Source: Octopus vulgaris
Lineage: Eukaryota
Length of the DNA: 64,000 nucleotides
Assembly (NCBI GenBank): GCA_951406725.2
Contig: OX597834.1
Location: 36,580,001 to 36,644,000, forward strand
Direction: 5' to 3'
Shown here: positions 12,048 to 24,426 of the stretch, piece after piece
How the letters are laid out: each line of letters starts with the position of its first letter
How positions within the stretch are numbered: position 1 is the first letter of the stretch
Made by a program: the position numbers and the translations under genes
Notes under the pieces: model-generated
Told to the model about the DNA's origin: nothing
Seen by the model: the letters and a program-made list of their open reading frames with translations, nothing else
Database searches by the model: none

Positions 12048-14785
12048 GATGGATATATGCACATATATGCATACATACATGTATACATACAAATATACAT
12101 ATACACATGTAAAGTTGCATGCACGCATACACACACACACACACGTACCATCTAAAAAAATCCAACAAGCAGAAAGAAAGAGATAACCTCAGGCAATCTG
12201 CGCTGTACATATTGGATTATCCCTAGAAATTCCACTGTGTAATTTCAATAGTCCTTCTTAACAAGGAAATATTATCATCTCTGCATTTCTTACAAAGATG
12301 CTGATGATGCTGGTGGTGGTGGTGATGATGATGAGGGTGATGATAGTAATGATGATGATCATGATGACGGTGATGACTACGATGATGATGATGAGGGTGA
12401 TGATGATGATGATAATGATGATGATGGTGATGATGATAATGACAATAGTGCTGAACCAGAACAGTTTCAGCAGGACTAAGCTATAGACAGAAGAAATGTA
12501 GCGTGAGACAAGTTCATGTTTTTCCACTCTCACCAGACCTCGTTCACCCTCCCTCCCTCCTACCCTCTCTCTTTCTCTGTCTGTCTGTCTGTCTCTCTCT
12601 CCCTAACTGTCTATGTATCTATCTATCTACTTCACTTGTGCACTTCTGTTAACGTACAGTAATGAGGCCGATAAAAGAGAAGTAACATGTAATGTCAAGT
12701 AGTCTCGCGCGTGTGTGTGTGTGTGTGTGTGCGTATATGTACTCATGTGTGTGTGTGTGTGTTTGTGTGTGTACGTGTGTGCACATATATGTGTGTGTGT
12801 GTGTGTGCTTGCGTGTGCACGTCTGTTTGCGTGTATGCATGTGTTTACATGTGAGCACGTGTCTTTGCATGCATGCGTGTTTGCAAGTGTGTCTACATAA
12901 GTGCACGTTTGCGTGCTTGTGACACTATACATGTGTTTATGCGTGTTTACATGTGTGTGTGTGTGTGCGCGTTTGAATGTGTGTGCATGTGTGCACTTGC
13001 ATGTTTGCTCCTGTCAGTGTGCGTGTATTTACAAGCCAGTCTGTACATGCGGGTACATGCATATGTATATGTTTGCATGTCCGAGCGTATTTGTATATTT
13101 GCATGTCACTGCACGTATATCTAAATGCATGCGCGTATAATCATACACGCTTGTGTGGTTGCATGTTTATGATTGTCTATCTGCATATGCATGTGTACAT
13201 ATGTGTGAGTAATACACACAAGCGTGCATGTGCGTGAGTGCTTACATGCATGTGCTGCAAAACAACTACACAGGACTTTGTTGAGGCCCCAGGATCGGAA
13301 TGAATTCACTGAGTGTAAAAATGTCTGGTTGAGGCCTTGTGATTAAATAAACTTGATGAATGCATTTTTCTAGTCATTAGGCTGCGGCCAAGCTGGAGCA
13401 GTTGTACAGGAGATGTAAACATTGTTAAAATTTGAAACTAATATTTGTTCATCATCATGATCATTGTTTTATCGTCCACTTTTCCGTGACTGGGTGATGG
13501 AGTCTGTTGAGGTACTTTTTACTATGGCTGGATGCTCTTCCTCTCACCAACCCTTACTGTATTCTATGTAAAGTAATATTTCCCCGTGACCAGACATGTT
13601 TTCATGGAAGAATGTAATGAAGAACACCACCTGAGATGATGCTTGCTTGCCTTGTAACTCTCATGCAACGTCAAGGCAAAGAGACAGTAATATGCACCAC
13701 ACACACACACACGCGCACGTGGAAAGCACCCAGTGCACAGTGGTTGGCATTGGCATTAGGAAGGGCCTCCAGCTATAGAAAACAAATCAAAACAGACAAC
13801 TGGTAGCTGGTGCAGCCTTCTGGCTTGCCAGGTCCTGTCAAGCCATCCAATCCATGCCAGCATGGAAAAACAGACATTCGATGATGATGATGATGATAAT
13901 GATGATATTGAAGATGATAATGATGACAATGATGATGATGATAACGAATGAGCTTCCAACGTAGTTTCTGTCCACCAAATTCACTCACAAAGCTTTGGCC
14001 AGAACAGTTTGTTAGTGGCAGAACATTTGCCCAAAGTGCTGTTCAGTAAGACTGAACCTGAAATCCCGTGGTTGCAAAGTTAATCCCTTTAAACCACACA
14101 GCCACGCCCATCTAATTTCAGTTAGACAATTTTTTTTTGTGGTACATCATATAAAACTAAACTCTGTCCGCCATGCAGAAAGGAACATTAGGTCATGCCT
14201 CTTGCCAGTTTTCTTACAGAAGAGGAGAAAGAAGAGAAAAATAGAGAGTGAGAAAAGAGGAGAGAGAGAGAGAGAGAGATAGAGAGAGAGGTGAGAGAGA
14301 GAGGGTGTTGTGTAAGAGAGAGAGCCAATGAGGATGCCTTTATATGGTCACTTGACCTGCTAGTATCAGGGTTATGGAGTCTGTAAACAAAAAAAAACCT
14401 TCCGCTCTGACTCACCATTTCATGGCACCACCAACCTTTGACATCTCTATTTATAAAATGGACTAATCATATATTTCTCAAATGAATTAAAAGCACACAA
14501 CATACACAGCTAATGTGAATCATCAGTTTTCTTTATAATGTGTAAAATGGTTGGCTTTAAAAGCAATAAATAGCAAGGCCATTCAGCTTTAATTCTTTTT
14601 TTTTATATTATTTATTAACCTTTTGACTGTGAAATTAATTTTCATGGTTATTCCAGTGATGATGTTAAATATCTCGTAGAAAAAACTAGACTTAGTATTT
14701 TCTGAAAGTCACGTTGGCTCACTAAACTTGACATGCCACAACAAACATCAGTTTCAAGCATGGCATTTCCCCGGCAAAAGATATA

Positions 14786-14977
14786 TTCTTTTCTACTCTT
14801 GGCACAAGGCCTGAAATTTGGGGGGAGGAGGCCAGACGATTAGATTGACTCCAGTACGCAACCGGTACTTAATTTATCAACCCTGAAAGGATGAAAGGCA
14901 AAGTCAACCAGGGCGGAATTTGAACTCAGAACGTAATGGCAGACAACATACTGCTAAGCATTTCGCCAGGCATGCTA
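14786..14977 (-). mobile_element. SINE family A, head end cut at the CR1 fragment
   Basis: Reverse complement of the family A consensus, ending at ccaggcatgctaa. Confidence 0.85.
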
Positions 14978-15825
14978 ATTCCATGCTTCAGCAACTCTGA
15001 GCGTGAAAAAATGTTTCCGAAAGTCATGGGAGCTGTATTGTTTTCTGACTTTGTAGGCATGTCCACGTGTGTTAGACACATGGAGATCAAAAAGGTGTTC
15101 AGTGTTGTTGTTGGCGAGGTGGTTGATAACTTTGTGGGTGTTTACCAAGTCCGTCGCCAAACGCCGGAGCTTCAGTGAATCCATGCCCAGGGAAACAAGG
15201 CGCTCAGAATATGGTAGGTGTCTGATGGAGGGTATGCGTTTGGTTGCACGTCTCTGGACAGATTCCAGGAGGTCAATGTTCTGTGCAAGATAGGGGTTCC
15301 AAACTGATGATGCGAATTCCAAGTGTGGTCGTACTATAGCTGTATACAGTTTTAAATAGATGGCTGGAGAGCGGCTAAGAAAAGACCTGCTGAGTGATGC
15401 CAAGACACCCTCGGCCTTCCTGACAATCTTAGAGATATGCTTTGACCAACGCAAATCACTGCTGACAGTGATGCCTAGGTCACGCTCGCAAGAGGATTTC
15501 TTGATATCAGTGTTGTGGAGGGAGTATGTGAACGCAGGGTTTTTTCTCCCAAAATGCATGGTGGTACACTTGTCCACAGCCAGTTTCAGTTGCCAGTCTG
15601 TGATCCATTGCTGCATTGTGTCTAGGTCTGATTGCAGGAAAGAGTTGTAGACATCAGGATCTGTCCTCTTGATTTCAAGGTACAGCTTGATGTCGTCTGC
15701 ATATTTCAATACTGTGGCATTCTTTAAATTGGCATCTATGTCGTTAACGTATGCCACAAACAAGAGGGGACCAAGGACAGATCCCTGTGGTACACCCGAT
15801 GACATCTCATATGGTGTAGAGTGCT
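14978..15825 (-). mobile_element. CR1-clade LINE fragment: C-terminal half of reverse transcriptase, truncated at both ends
   Basis: Stop-free 276-aa ORF with SGVPQGSVLGPLLF, YADD, ERDLGI, LYTAIVRPHLEFASSVWNPY, LESVQRRATK, TRGH and FFTLRVAEAWN. It ends before the usual WNxLP motif and 3' UTR. Confidence 0.92.
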
Positions 15826-15859
15826 AGACTGACTCCAGTACGCAACCGGTACTTAATTT

Positions 15860-17003
15860 ATCAACCCTGAAAGGATGAAAGGCAAAGTCGACCTTGGTGG
15901 AATTTGATCTCAGAATGTAAAGACAGACAAAATACCACTAAGCATTTTGCCCGTGGTGCTAACATTTCTGCCAGCTTATCACCTTAATTATTAATAATAA
16001 TAATGATGAAGAATAAATGAAATAGAAACAGAGCATGTGTTTATTATTATGATAATGACCTCCCAAGAGACAACAAAAACTATAAAGATACCATCTCAGA
16101 AAATAGAAACATCTTCCTTTGTCAGTTAACAATTATAATAATCTTTTCTATTCTAGGCACAAGGCCTGAAATTTTGTAGGAGAAGGCCAGACGATTAGAT
16201 CAATCCCTGTACACAACCGGTACTTAATTTATCAACCCCGAAAGGATAAAAGGCAAAATCGACCTCGGCACAATTTGAACTCAGAACATTATGACAGACA
16301 AAATACTGCCTAGCATTTCGCCAGGCACTTCAATGGCTGCCGTCACTATATGTATAAAGAATTATAATAATCTTTTCTATTCTAGGCACGAGGCCTGAAA
16401 TTTTGGGGGAGAAGGCCAGACGATTAGATCAATCCCTGTACATAGCTAGTACTTAATTTATCAACCCCAAAAGGATAAAAGACAAAATCGACCTCGGCAC
16501 AATTTGAACTCAGAACGTAATGGCAGACAAAATACTGCTGAGGAATTCGCTTGGTGTGCTAATGTCTCTGCCAGATCAGATGATGTGTCAAATATTTGAT
16601 TACTGAATTGGTTAAATGGTTACCTAATCAACTAATAGTAATAATAATCTTTCCTATTATAGGCACAAGGCCTGAAATTTTGGGGGAGGGGACTAGTTAA
16701 TTACATTGACCCCAGCGTTTTACTGGTACTTATTTTATCGACCCTGGAAGGATGAAAGGCAAAGTCGACCTTGGTGGAATTTGAACTCAGAACGTAAAGA
16801 CAGACAAAATACCACTAAGCATTTTGCCCGTCATGCTAACATTTCTGCCAACTTACCACCTTAATTATTAATAATAATAATGATGAAGAATAAATGAAAT
16901 AGAAACAGAGCATGTGTTTATTATTATGATAATGACCTCCCAAGAGACAACAAAAACTATAAAGATACCATCTCAGAAAACAGAAACATCTTCCTTTGTC
17001 AGT
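15860..17003. repeat. Local duplications: ~265 bp (15862-16127 vs 16741-17003) and ~160 bp (16131-16290 vs 16360-16520)
   Basis: The non-SINE flank gaagaataaatgaaatagaaacagagcatgtg...catcttcctttgtcagtt is present twice, nearly identical. Confidence 0.9.
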
Positions 17004-17124
17004 TTGAACAAACATAAAGTACAACAAAGTTAAAAGTAAAAGAGAGATTGAATGCAGAGCAACTTAACAAATGAACATTTTGAAAAGACACGGAGCTTGA
17101 AATCTCAAGGTTCACAAAGGTAAG

Positions 17125-17300
17125 ATGGAAGGCATTGATCCCTATAAGAGATATGCTCAAATCAAAGCCAAACAAGGCCCTACATGCCAGTCACTTCAAT
17201 GGCTCCATCCTATATGTATAAAGATGGAAGAACAAGAATTGGCTATGATGTAAAAGAGCCGTGGAAAGATCCATGCCAGGAATATCATTGCAAGAGCCTA
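17125..17300 (+). pseudogene. Possible highly decayed RTE ORF remnant (linker between endonuclease and RT)
   Basis: One frame reads YKDGRTRIGYDVKEPWKDPCQEY, loosely like the RTE KDxxG...DIKxRWxEY motif. Weak. Confidence 0.3.
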
Positions 17301-17499
17301 TCTAACAAAAGACAATCCAAAAAAATGAAGTGAATGTCACATGAAAGATAAAGTGAAATATTAAAAGAAAATCTATGAGGCTGGGGACATTGTATGGTCC
17401 ATAGACAACAGGTGGGTTCATGCAGCTGTTGAGTGATATCAAAGGGACCAGAAAAGGCCATTCAGAATGGCTCCATGGTAACAAACAGATGATTTAGTT

Positions 17500-18166
17500 C
17501 AGGGGTTCTCAACCATTCTATATCTAGGGTCCCCTTTGATTACTATTTGATTCTGGCAGACCCCCATAGTCATTGAACATTTAAAAGCTAGTTTTATAGA
17601 TTCTTCTTTCAGAATTCCTATTTTGTTTTTCTTACATTAACCCTTTCATTACCAACCTGGCTGAAACCACCTCTGGCTCTGTTGTACAAATGTCTTGTTT
17701 TCTTAAGTTTTGAATTAAAATCTTCCACCAAACCTTAGTCACAATTTATGTTCCTAACACTAGCTTAATGACAATTAAGTTATTTTACTAAATTCTTTGT
17801 AGTATTTAAAATTAATCAAAAGAAACACAGAGCATCTCAACAGAAATATGATAACAAAAGGGTTAAAATATATAATAGAGAAACAATTCTTAACCCTTTT
17901 GATACCAACCTGGCTGAAACTACCTCTGGTTCTGTAGTACAAATGTCTTGTTTTCTTAAGTTTTGAATTAAAATCTTCCACCAAGAGAAAAAAAGAAACT
18001 GGCTGTTTCTTGCAATACATCACCAATACATACATCTAAACCAAAATTTTTTCAGGAACCCTTAAAATACTATTGTGGATCCCCAATCTGCTATTTTATT
18101 GCATGGGCCCCCCAAAATCTTATAAGGACCTGCAGGGGCCATATGGACCCCGGTTGAGAACTACTG
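17500..18166. mobile_element. hAT (Charlie-like) MITE
   Basis: TIRs CAGGGGTTCTCAACC / GGTTGAGAACTACTG (13/15). 8-bp TSD atttagtt / atttaatt (7/8). Confidence 0.85.
17641..17862. mobile_element. piggyBac-type MITE nested in the hAT MITE
   Basis: TTAA on both sides (17637-17640, 17863-17866), ends CCC...GGG, ~14-bp imperfect TIR. A second 5' partial copy lies at 17894-17982 and an end fragment near 44502. Confidence 0.8.
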
Positions 18167-18463
18167 ATTTAATTAAATGATTTGAGTGAAAATGGAAAAC
18201 AAGGGCATAATCAAAGAAGAATTGGAAGTGGATTGTGACAAGCGGTGAATAATCAGGTTCATACAGGTGATATTTAATTGCAAGCCTGACCTTTCCTTTT
18301 TTTGAGATTAAAGAATTGTTGCAATATAAAATTGAAGTGAATGTCACATGAAAGATAAAGTGAAATATTAAAAGAAAATTATACTGAAAAAGATTGAAAA
18401 ATTCATCCTTACAAAATTTATTCAAGGAATGTACTAATAGAAAAGTTGTTAAATCATAAACAT

Positions 18464-18859
18464 CAGGAGTGGCTGTGTGGTAAGTAGCTTGCCTACCAAC
18501 CACATGGTCCCGGGTTCACTCCCACTGCGTGGCACCTTCGGCAAGTGCCTTCTACTATAGCCTCGGGCCGACCAAAGCCTTGTGAGTGGATTTGGTAAAC
18601 GGAAACTGAAAGAAGCCTGTTGTATATTTGTATATATATATATGTATGTGTGTGTTTGTGTGTCTGCGTTTGTCCCCCCAACTACCGCTTGACAACCGAT
18701 GCTGGTGTGTTTACGTCCCCGTAATTTAGCGGTTCGGCAAAAGAGACCGATAGAATAAGTACTAGGCTTACAAAGAATAAGTCCTGGGGTCAATTTGTTC
18801 GACTAAAGGCAGTGCTCCAGCATAGCCACAGTCAAATGACTGAAACAAGTAAAAGAGTA
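18464..18859 (+). mobile_element. tRNA-derived SINE family B, full length, with internal (TA)/(TG) microsatellite
   Basis: Head ggagtggctgtgtggtaag...gggttcactccc, tail gactgaaacaagtaaaagag. Other copies: 8688-8892(-), 21105-21485(-), 30338-30708(-), 32100-32475(-), 33628-34032(-), 41084-41730(-), 55272-55647(-), 57968-58512(+), 59765-60160(-). Confidence 0.92.
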
Positions 18860-18998
18860 TCTGACAAATTTCAAACAAAAATTTCCATGCACGTCTATGT
18901 AACATGCAAATCTTTCTAATTCCTATTAGTAGATGAAACATGTGTAATGGCAAGTAAATGATAACCAAAAAATTTCCATTTTCTTGTTTTGATATATA

Positions 18999-19218
18999 CA
19001 GTAATTCCTTGCCATATCATGGTTCACCCATCGCAGTTTATTATTTAAGCTTAAGTCGATTCCTTTGTGGTGTTGTTTTGCATTTATAATAAAATAAATA
19101 TGTACAAATTATGAAAATAATAATAAAAAATATATACAGTGTTGTTTCTACTTTGTGAATTTTCACCTATTGCAGCAGGTTTTGGAATGTAACACCTGTG
19201 ATAGTGGTGGGATTGCTG
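18999..19218. mobile_element. Degenerate pogo/Tigger-like MITE
   Basis: TA-CAGTAATTCC...GGGATTGCTG-TA termini with imperfect TIRs. Confidence 0.55.
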
Positions 19219-19416
19219 TAATTACAGTGCAAATATTTCCATAATTCTCAATTTTAACTTGTATTTTAATTAACATGACAGTAACTATGGAAACATATTA
19301 ATTGTAATAATGGAATAAACAGATGTGCTTCAGGAAGAAACAGCTGGGATTTACCCAAAACAGCTTCTAATGCTGGAGATATACTACAGTGTCAGCTGTT
19401 CACTACCGAACATCCC

Positions 19417-19629
19417 TTATTTTTCTAGCACCTTCCGGAGTATTTGAGTGGTTCCAAGCAGTGCTGTTTTCTACAAGTGCTCCACCCTTACTGCAGCCCC
19501 TATTTGTTCCATGAACTTCGCAAGATTTTTACTCACTGTTCCCAGGGCTCTGACAATTACTGGTACCACTACCATCTTTTTTATCAGCCACAACTGCTTT
19601 ACTTCCCTAGCTAACCTGTCATATCTATC
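19417..19629 (-). mobile_element. R4/Dong-clade non-LTR retrotransposon, C-terminal restriction-like endonuclease tail (decayed)
   Basis: Manual translation: DRYDRLAREVKQLWLIKKMVVVPVIVRALGTVSKNLAKFMEQIGAAVRVEHL*KTALLGTTQILRKVLEK*. 5'-truncated against an (ATT)n tract at 19632. Confidence 0.85.
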
Positions 19630-19653
19630 AATTTATTATTATTATTGTTATTA

Positions 19654-19723
<70 letters not shown>

Positions 19724-20355
19724 AGGTGGTGAGCTGGCAGAATTGTTAGCATGTCGGGTGAAATGCTGAACAGTATTTCAACAGTCTTTACATTCTGAGT
19801 TCAAATTCCGCCAAGGTCGACTTTGCTTTTCATCCTTTTGGGGTCGATGAATTAAGTACCAGTGAAACATTGGGGCTGATGTAATTGACTAGTCCCCTCC
19901 CCCAAGTCTTTGCCTTTCATCCTAACGGGGTCGATACATTAAGTACCAGTTACATACTGGGGTCAATCTAATCGACTGCCCCCCCCCACCCCTCCAAAAT
20001 TTCGGGCCTTGTGCCTAGAGTAGAAAAGATTATTATTATTATTATTATATTTTTTCTTTATTAGTTTCAGCTTGAGAGCAGGGGCCATAAAAATCACCCA
20101 GAACAGTCTGTAAAGCAGTTGGTGTCAGGAAGGGCACCCAGCCATAGAAACCACGCCAAAGAAGACCTCTAACTCACCAGCCCCTGTGAAACACCCTAAC
20201 CCATGCCAGCATGGAAAGCAGATGTTAAAAGATGATTATCATTACACTACTATTATTGCTGCTGCTGCTGCTGCTGCTTCTACTACTACCACTACTGCTG
20301 TTGCTACAATTATTGGCATTCTTTATTTTAGTTTCTTCCCATGGCCTCCACTTAC

Positions 20356-20362
20356 CATCTTC
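20356..20362 (-). other. Candidate 7-nt microexon (GAAGATG)
   Basis: Minus strand: long (CT)n tract, then ctgacttccttcatTAG|GAAGATG|GTAAGT. Confidence 0.35.
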
Positions 20363-20395
20363 CTAATGAAGGAAGTCAGAGAGAAAGAGAGATAG

Positions 20396-20470
<75 letters not shown>

Positions 20471-21465
20471 TAAAGTAAGAAGCTATGACAAACAGGATTT
20501 CGTTAAACAACAAGGAGCTGGTTTCCAGTTATCTTTATTGATCAGTAATGCGTGCAACTACGCGCAGACATAAATAGACACACAGACACACACATAAATA
20601 TGCACAAGCGCACACACACACACACACACACAAATATGCACACACACACACATATAAATGCGCATACACACACACACCTGTACGCATGCAATAAATATTT
20701 GCGTGCACTTAAACATTTGCACGCAGCGAGACATACGCATATAACCACGTATGCATGCTCAAGCATGCATAGATGCACACATATACATACAAACATATTC
20801 AGACATATACAGACACACATCTAGATGCATGCATTGAGATGCACACTTGCAGACACCTGAAGTTGCATATAAACACACAAACATGCACGCATGTTTTACA
20901 TACACATACATACATACATGAATACACAAATTTATTTAATATTTGCACTAAACAAGACAAACACACATGCACATATCCATGTACACACGCTCACACACAT
21001 CTAGAAATACATACATAACTGCACACATAAACATGCATTCAGACGCATTCAAACATGCAGACGTGCATTCTTAAATGTCTACGTATAGACACGCAGTCAC
21101 ATATTCTTTTATTTGTTTCAGTCATCTGACTGCGGATATGCTGGTGCATCACCTTTCGCCGAACAAATTGACCCCAGGACTTATTCTTTGTAAGCCTAGT
21201 ACTTATTCTATCAGTCTCCTTTGTTGAACCACTAAGTTACACGGACATAAACACACCAACATCGGCTGTCAAGTGATGGTGGGGGTACTAACACAGACAC
21301 AAAGATACACACACACATATAAGACAAGCTTCTTTCAGTTTCCATCTACCAAATCCACCCACAAGGCTTTGGTTGGCCTCAGGTTATAGTAGAAGACACT
21401 GGCGCAAGGTGCCACACAATGGAACTGAACCTGGAACCATGTGGTTGAGAAGCAAGCTTCTTACC

Positions 21466-21583
21466 ACACAGCCATGCCTGCGCCTATCAACACAGCCATG
21501 CCTGCACCTATCAACACAGCCATGCCTGCACCTATCAACACAGCCATGCCTGCACCTATCAACACAGCCATGCCTGCACCTAT
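21466..21583. repeat. 24-bp tandem repeat x5 made from the 5' end of a SINE B
   Basis: acacagccatgcctgc(a/g)cctatca starts at 21466, 21490, 21514, 21538 and 21562. Confidence 0.95.
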
Positions 21584-21679
21584 GTAGTTTAAAAAAACCC
21601 AACAAAAGTACATAAACAAACACACACATTAACAGAAACTTGTACACAAACAACTACACACTTAAACACTGACATGCAA

Positions 21680-22260
21680 GACACATGCACATTTAGATGC
21701 ATACACAGATGTACATAACACACATTTAGACATGTATACATCTAGATATACACACATTTAGAGATATACACACATTTAAATATATAGAAATGCATTTAGA
21801 TATATACACATTTAGATATATGTATACACATATTTAGTTATATATAGATGCATCTATATACACACATAGATATACATGCATTTAAAATGCAAGTGCAGTT
21901 AGATATGATAGCATTAAGATAAGCATGCAGTTAGATATGCATGCATTTAAATATACATGCAGTTTATATGTGCGTTTTAGATAAACACGCCTGTTTAGAT
22001 ATATATGGGAATTAGATATACAAGCATTAAGATATACACACATGTTTAGATGTAGAGGCATTCAGATTTATGTGCATTTAGGTATATATGCATTTAGGTA
22101 TACGCATGCATATTTAGTTACACACTAACAAGTCTAGATACATGCATTTGCTTACAGATACATGCACATGCACAAACACATGCATGCAATTAGATACACA
22201 TGCATTTAGACATGCACACATTTAGATATACACTTACAAGTGTAGATACATGCATACTTG
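21680..22260. repeat. Degenerate minisatellite with core catttagatata(ca)tg
   Basis: The motif (a/g)tt(t)agata recurs every ~16-24 bp. Confidence 0.8.
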
Positions 22261-22631
22261 CAATGTTAAATGCATACATGTAGACACATACAGTTACATA
22301 TATATGCACACAAACACACACACACAAATGCATGCATGCATGCAACCGTATACACATTGTTAGTACAGTACTGTGCACCAAGAAACACAATTCAGATTCC
22401 ACTAATAGTAATGTTTGGATTTCTTTAACGAGATTTCTTTAACGAGATACCTATTTCATGTGAAACAACCTTGAGGACAGCTATTTTTGGTACACTACTA
22501 TTTTGGCAGCGATTCGTATTTCGCCCTTGTTCATGCGTACGCATACACCCGTGAATGCACAGAAATATATAGGAATGTTCATACATGCACGAAAATATTT
22601 GTGTGTGTGTGTGTGTGTGTGTGTGTTTGTG

Positions 22632-22679
<48 letters not shown>

Positions 22680-22784
22680 GGAGATGTACTTGCATAGCAA
22701 GTGACCTGATCTGAGATTGTGTACTGGAACAAAAACAATTGTAGCATTCGCTGATGTGTATAAAGTTTGGTGCAGCTGGAATTA

Positions 22785-23125
22785 CCGTATTTGATGGCTT
22801 ATAAGACGCACGAATGCATAGGATGCACTCTAGCCTAGGCTATACTTTTGCAAAATAAATTACCACTGAATTAATGTTTTAATTGCTCCACTTAACTGTA
22901 TAACTTCTTGTTATTACTGGTAATTATAAGCAATTTATTGCATCCACATTTGATATAAACATACCATAAGCAATTGTTCACCAATAGATGGCAGCACGTG
23001 TTTTGTGAACAATACAAACCGTTTTGGGCAAGTTTTGAGCCTACATTGAGTGCATTGGATGCAGGGGGATTTTTAAAGCCATTTTTGGGTAAAAAAGGTG
23101 CATCTCTATAGGCCATCAAATATGG
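22785..23125. mobile_element. Tc1/mariner-superfamily (Tc2/pogo-like) MITE
   Basis: TA on both sides; TIR ccgtatttgatggcttataagacgcac vs reverse complement of the right end ccatatttgatggcctatagagatgcac. Confidence 0.85.
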
Positions 23126-24310
23126 TAATTTACAAGATGTGCATGGAGTAGCTTTGAGTGAAATATGTAACCATAACCCTAAACCTAAGTTATGGGGTCA
23201 TATACAAACCAACACCAGTTGCCAAGCAATGTGAAAAACAAACACACACACACACACAATGGGCTTCTTTAAATTTCTGTCTATGAGATCTATTCACAAG
23301 GCTTTGATTGACCTGGAGCTATATGATAAGACACTTATACAAGGTGGAATGCAGTAGAACAGGACCCAAGACCACATGGTTTTGGGAAGCAAGCTTCTGA
23401 CACACACAATCATGTCTGTGCCTATATATGTGTGTGTGCGTGTGTGTGTGTATACGCTTATATATAAATATGTACATATATGTTTATGTTTGTATATTTG
23501 GCAAAATAAGTTCATCAAGCTATGTAAAGGTAATTCCACCTAACATATGCGTACAAAGCACAGCTATGAAATACCAAACCAATGAGAGAGCCTCTGCATA
23601 GTCACTTAACTTGCTAGAAGTAGGAAGCAAACATACCTCAAATGACACTCATCTACCTTAAGAAATATTCTTTTCTACTCTAGGCACTAAGCCTGAAATT
23701 TTTTGGGAAGGGGCCAGTCAATTAGATCGATCCCAGTAAGCAATTGGTACTTAATTTATCGACCTCGAAAGGATGAAAGGCAAAGTCGACCGTGGCGGAA
23801 TTTGAACTTAGAACATAGAGACAGATGAAATACCTGCTCAGCATTTTGCCTGGCATGCTAACGTTTCTGCCAGCTCGCTGCCTTATCCACCTTAAGAAAT
23901 AGTAGATGTACTAGACAATGTAATCCCTAAATGAATGAAAAAATCAAGTAGTCTTGGATAGAACATCTTATGTCCTTAACATTCAGATTACTCTGTCAAA
24001 TGTAATGCTTGTTTATTTGCATTGTTCTGAATTAATCATGCCTTATCTCATAGATTTCAATGATGTGATTTTCAAAATGACATTGTAAGATAGATGTGAT
24101 GGGCAGTTTGAACATGAAATGGGCAGAGTATTTAGGCTGGGTATGGCCAATTTAAATGCTAAAATGATAAATCAAATGTGTGCTGGATTAGGGCTGAACA
24201 GGGGCCAAACAGCAACATAGATACACACACTTTATTGAGTATATAAGGATTATATAAGGAGTATAAAGAAAGGTAGAGTACATAAGGATTATAAATAAGT
24301 TTAGACTTAC

Positions 24311-24426
24311 CTAATTTTTGTATCTTTTCCCTAAATGGCGAGAGGTAACAATGGTCAACTTAACACTGTCATGTGGTCAGAAAAGTAAGAGTGGCCAACT
24401 TAACACTGTCATGTGGTCAAAATAAA
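24311..24426 (-). other. Candidate non-coding exon (116 nt)
   Basis: Acceptor ttttttcttttctttcttttttaCAG and donor TAG|GTAAGT. Stops in all three frames; internal direct repeat with 40-bp period. Confidence 0.5.

Noticed and set aside
17205-17295. VWC-like peptide YKDG...WKDPCQEYHC
   Set aside because: No supporting splice sites and too few cysteines; a decayed RTE linker fits at least as well.
18464-18540. tRNA genes at A/B-box-containing sequences
   Set aside because: They continue into SINE bodies and do not form complete cloverleaves.
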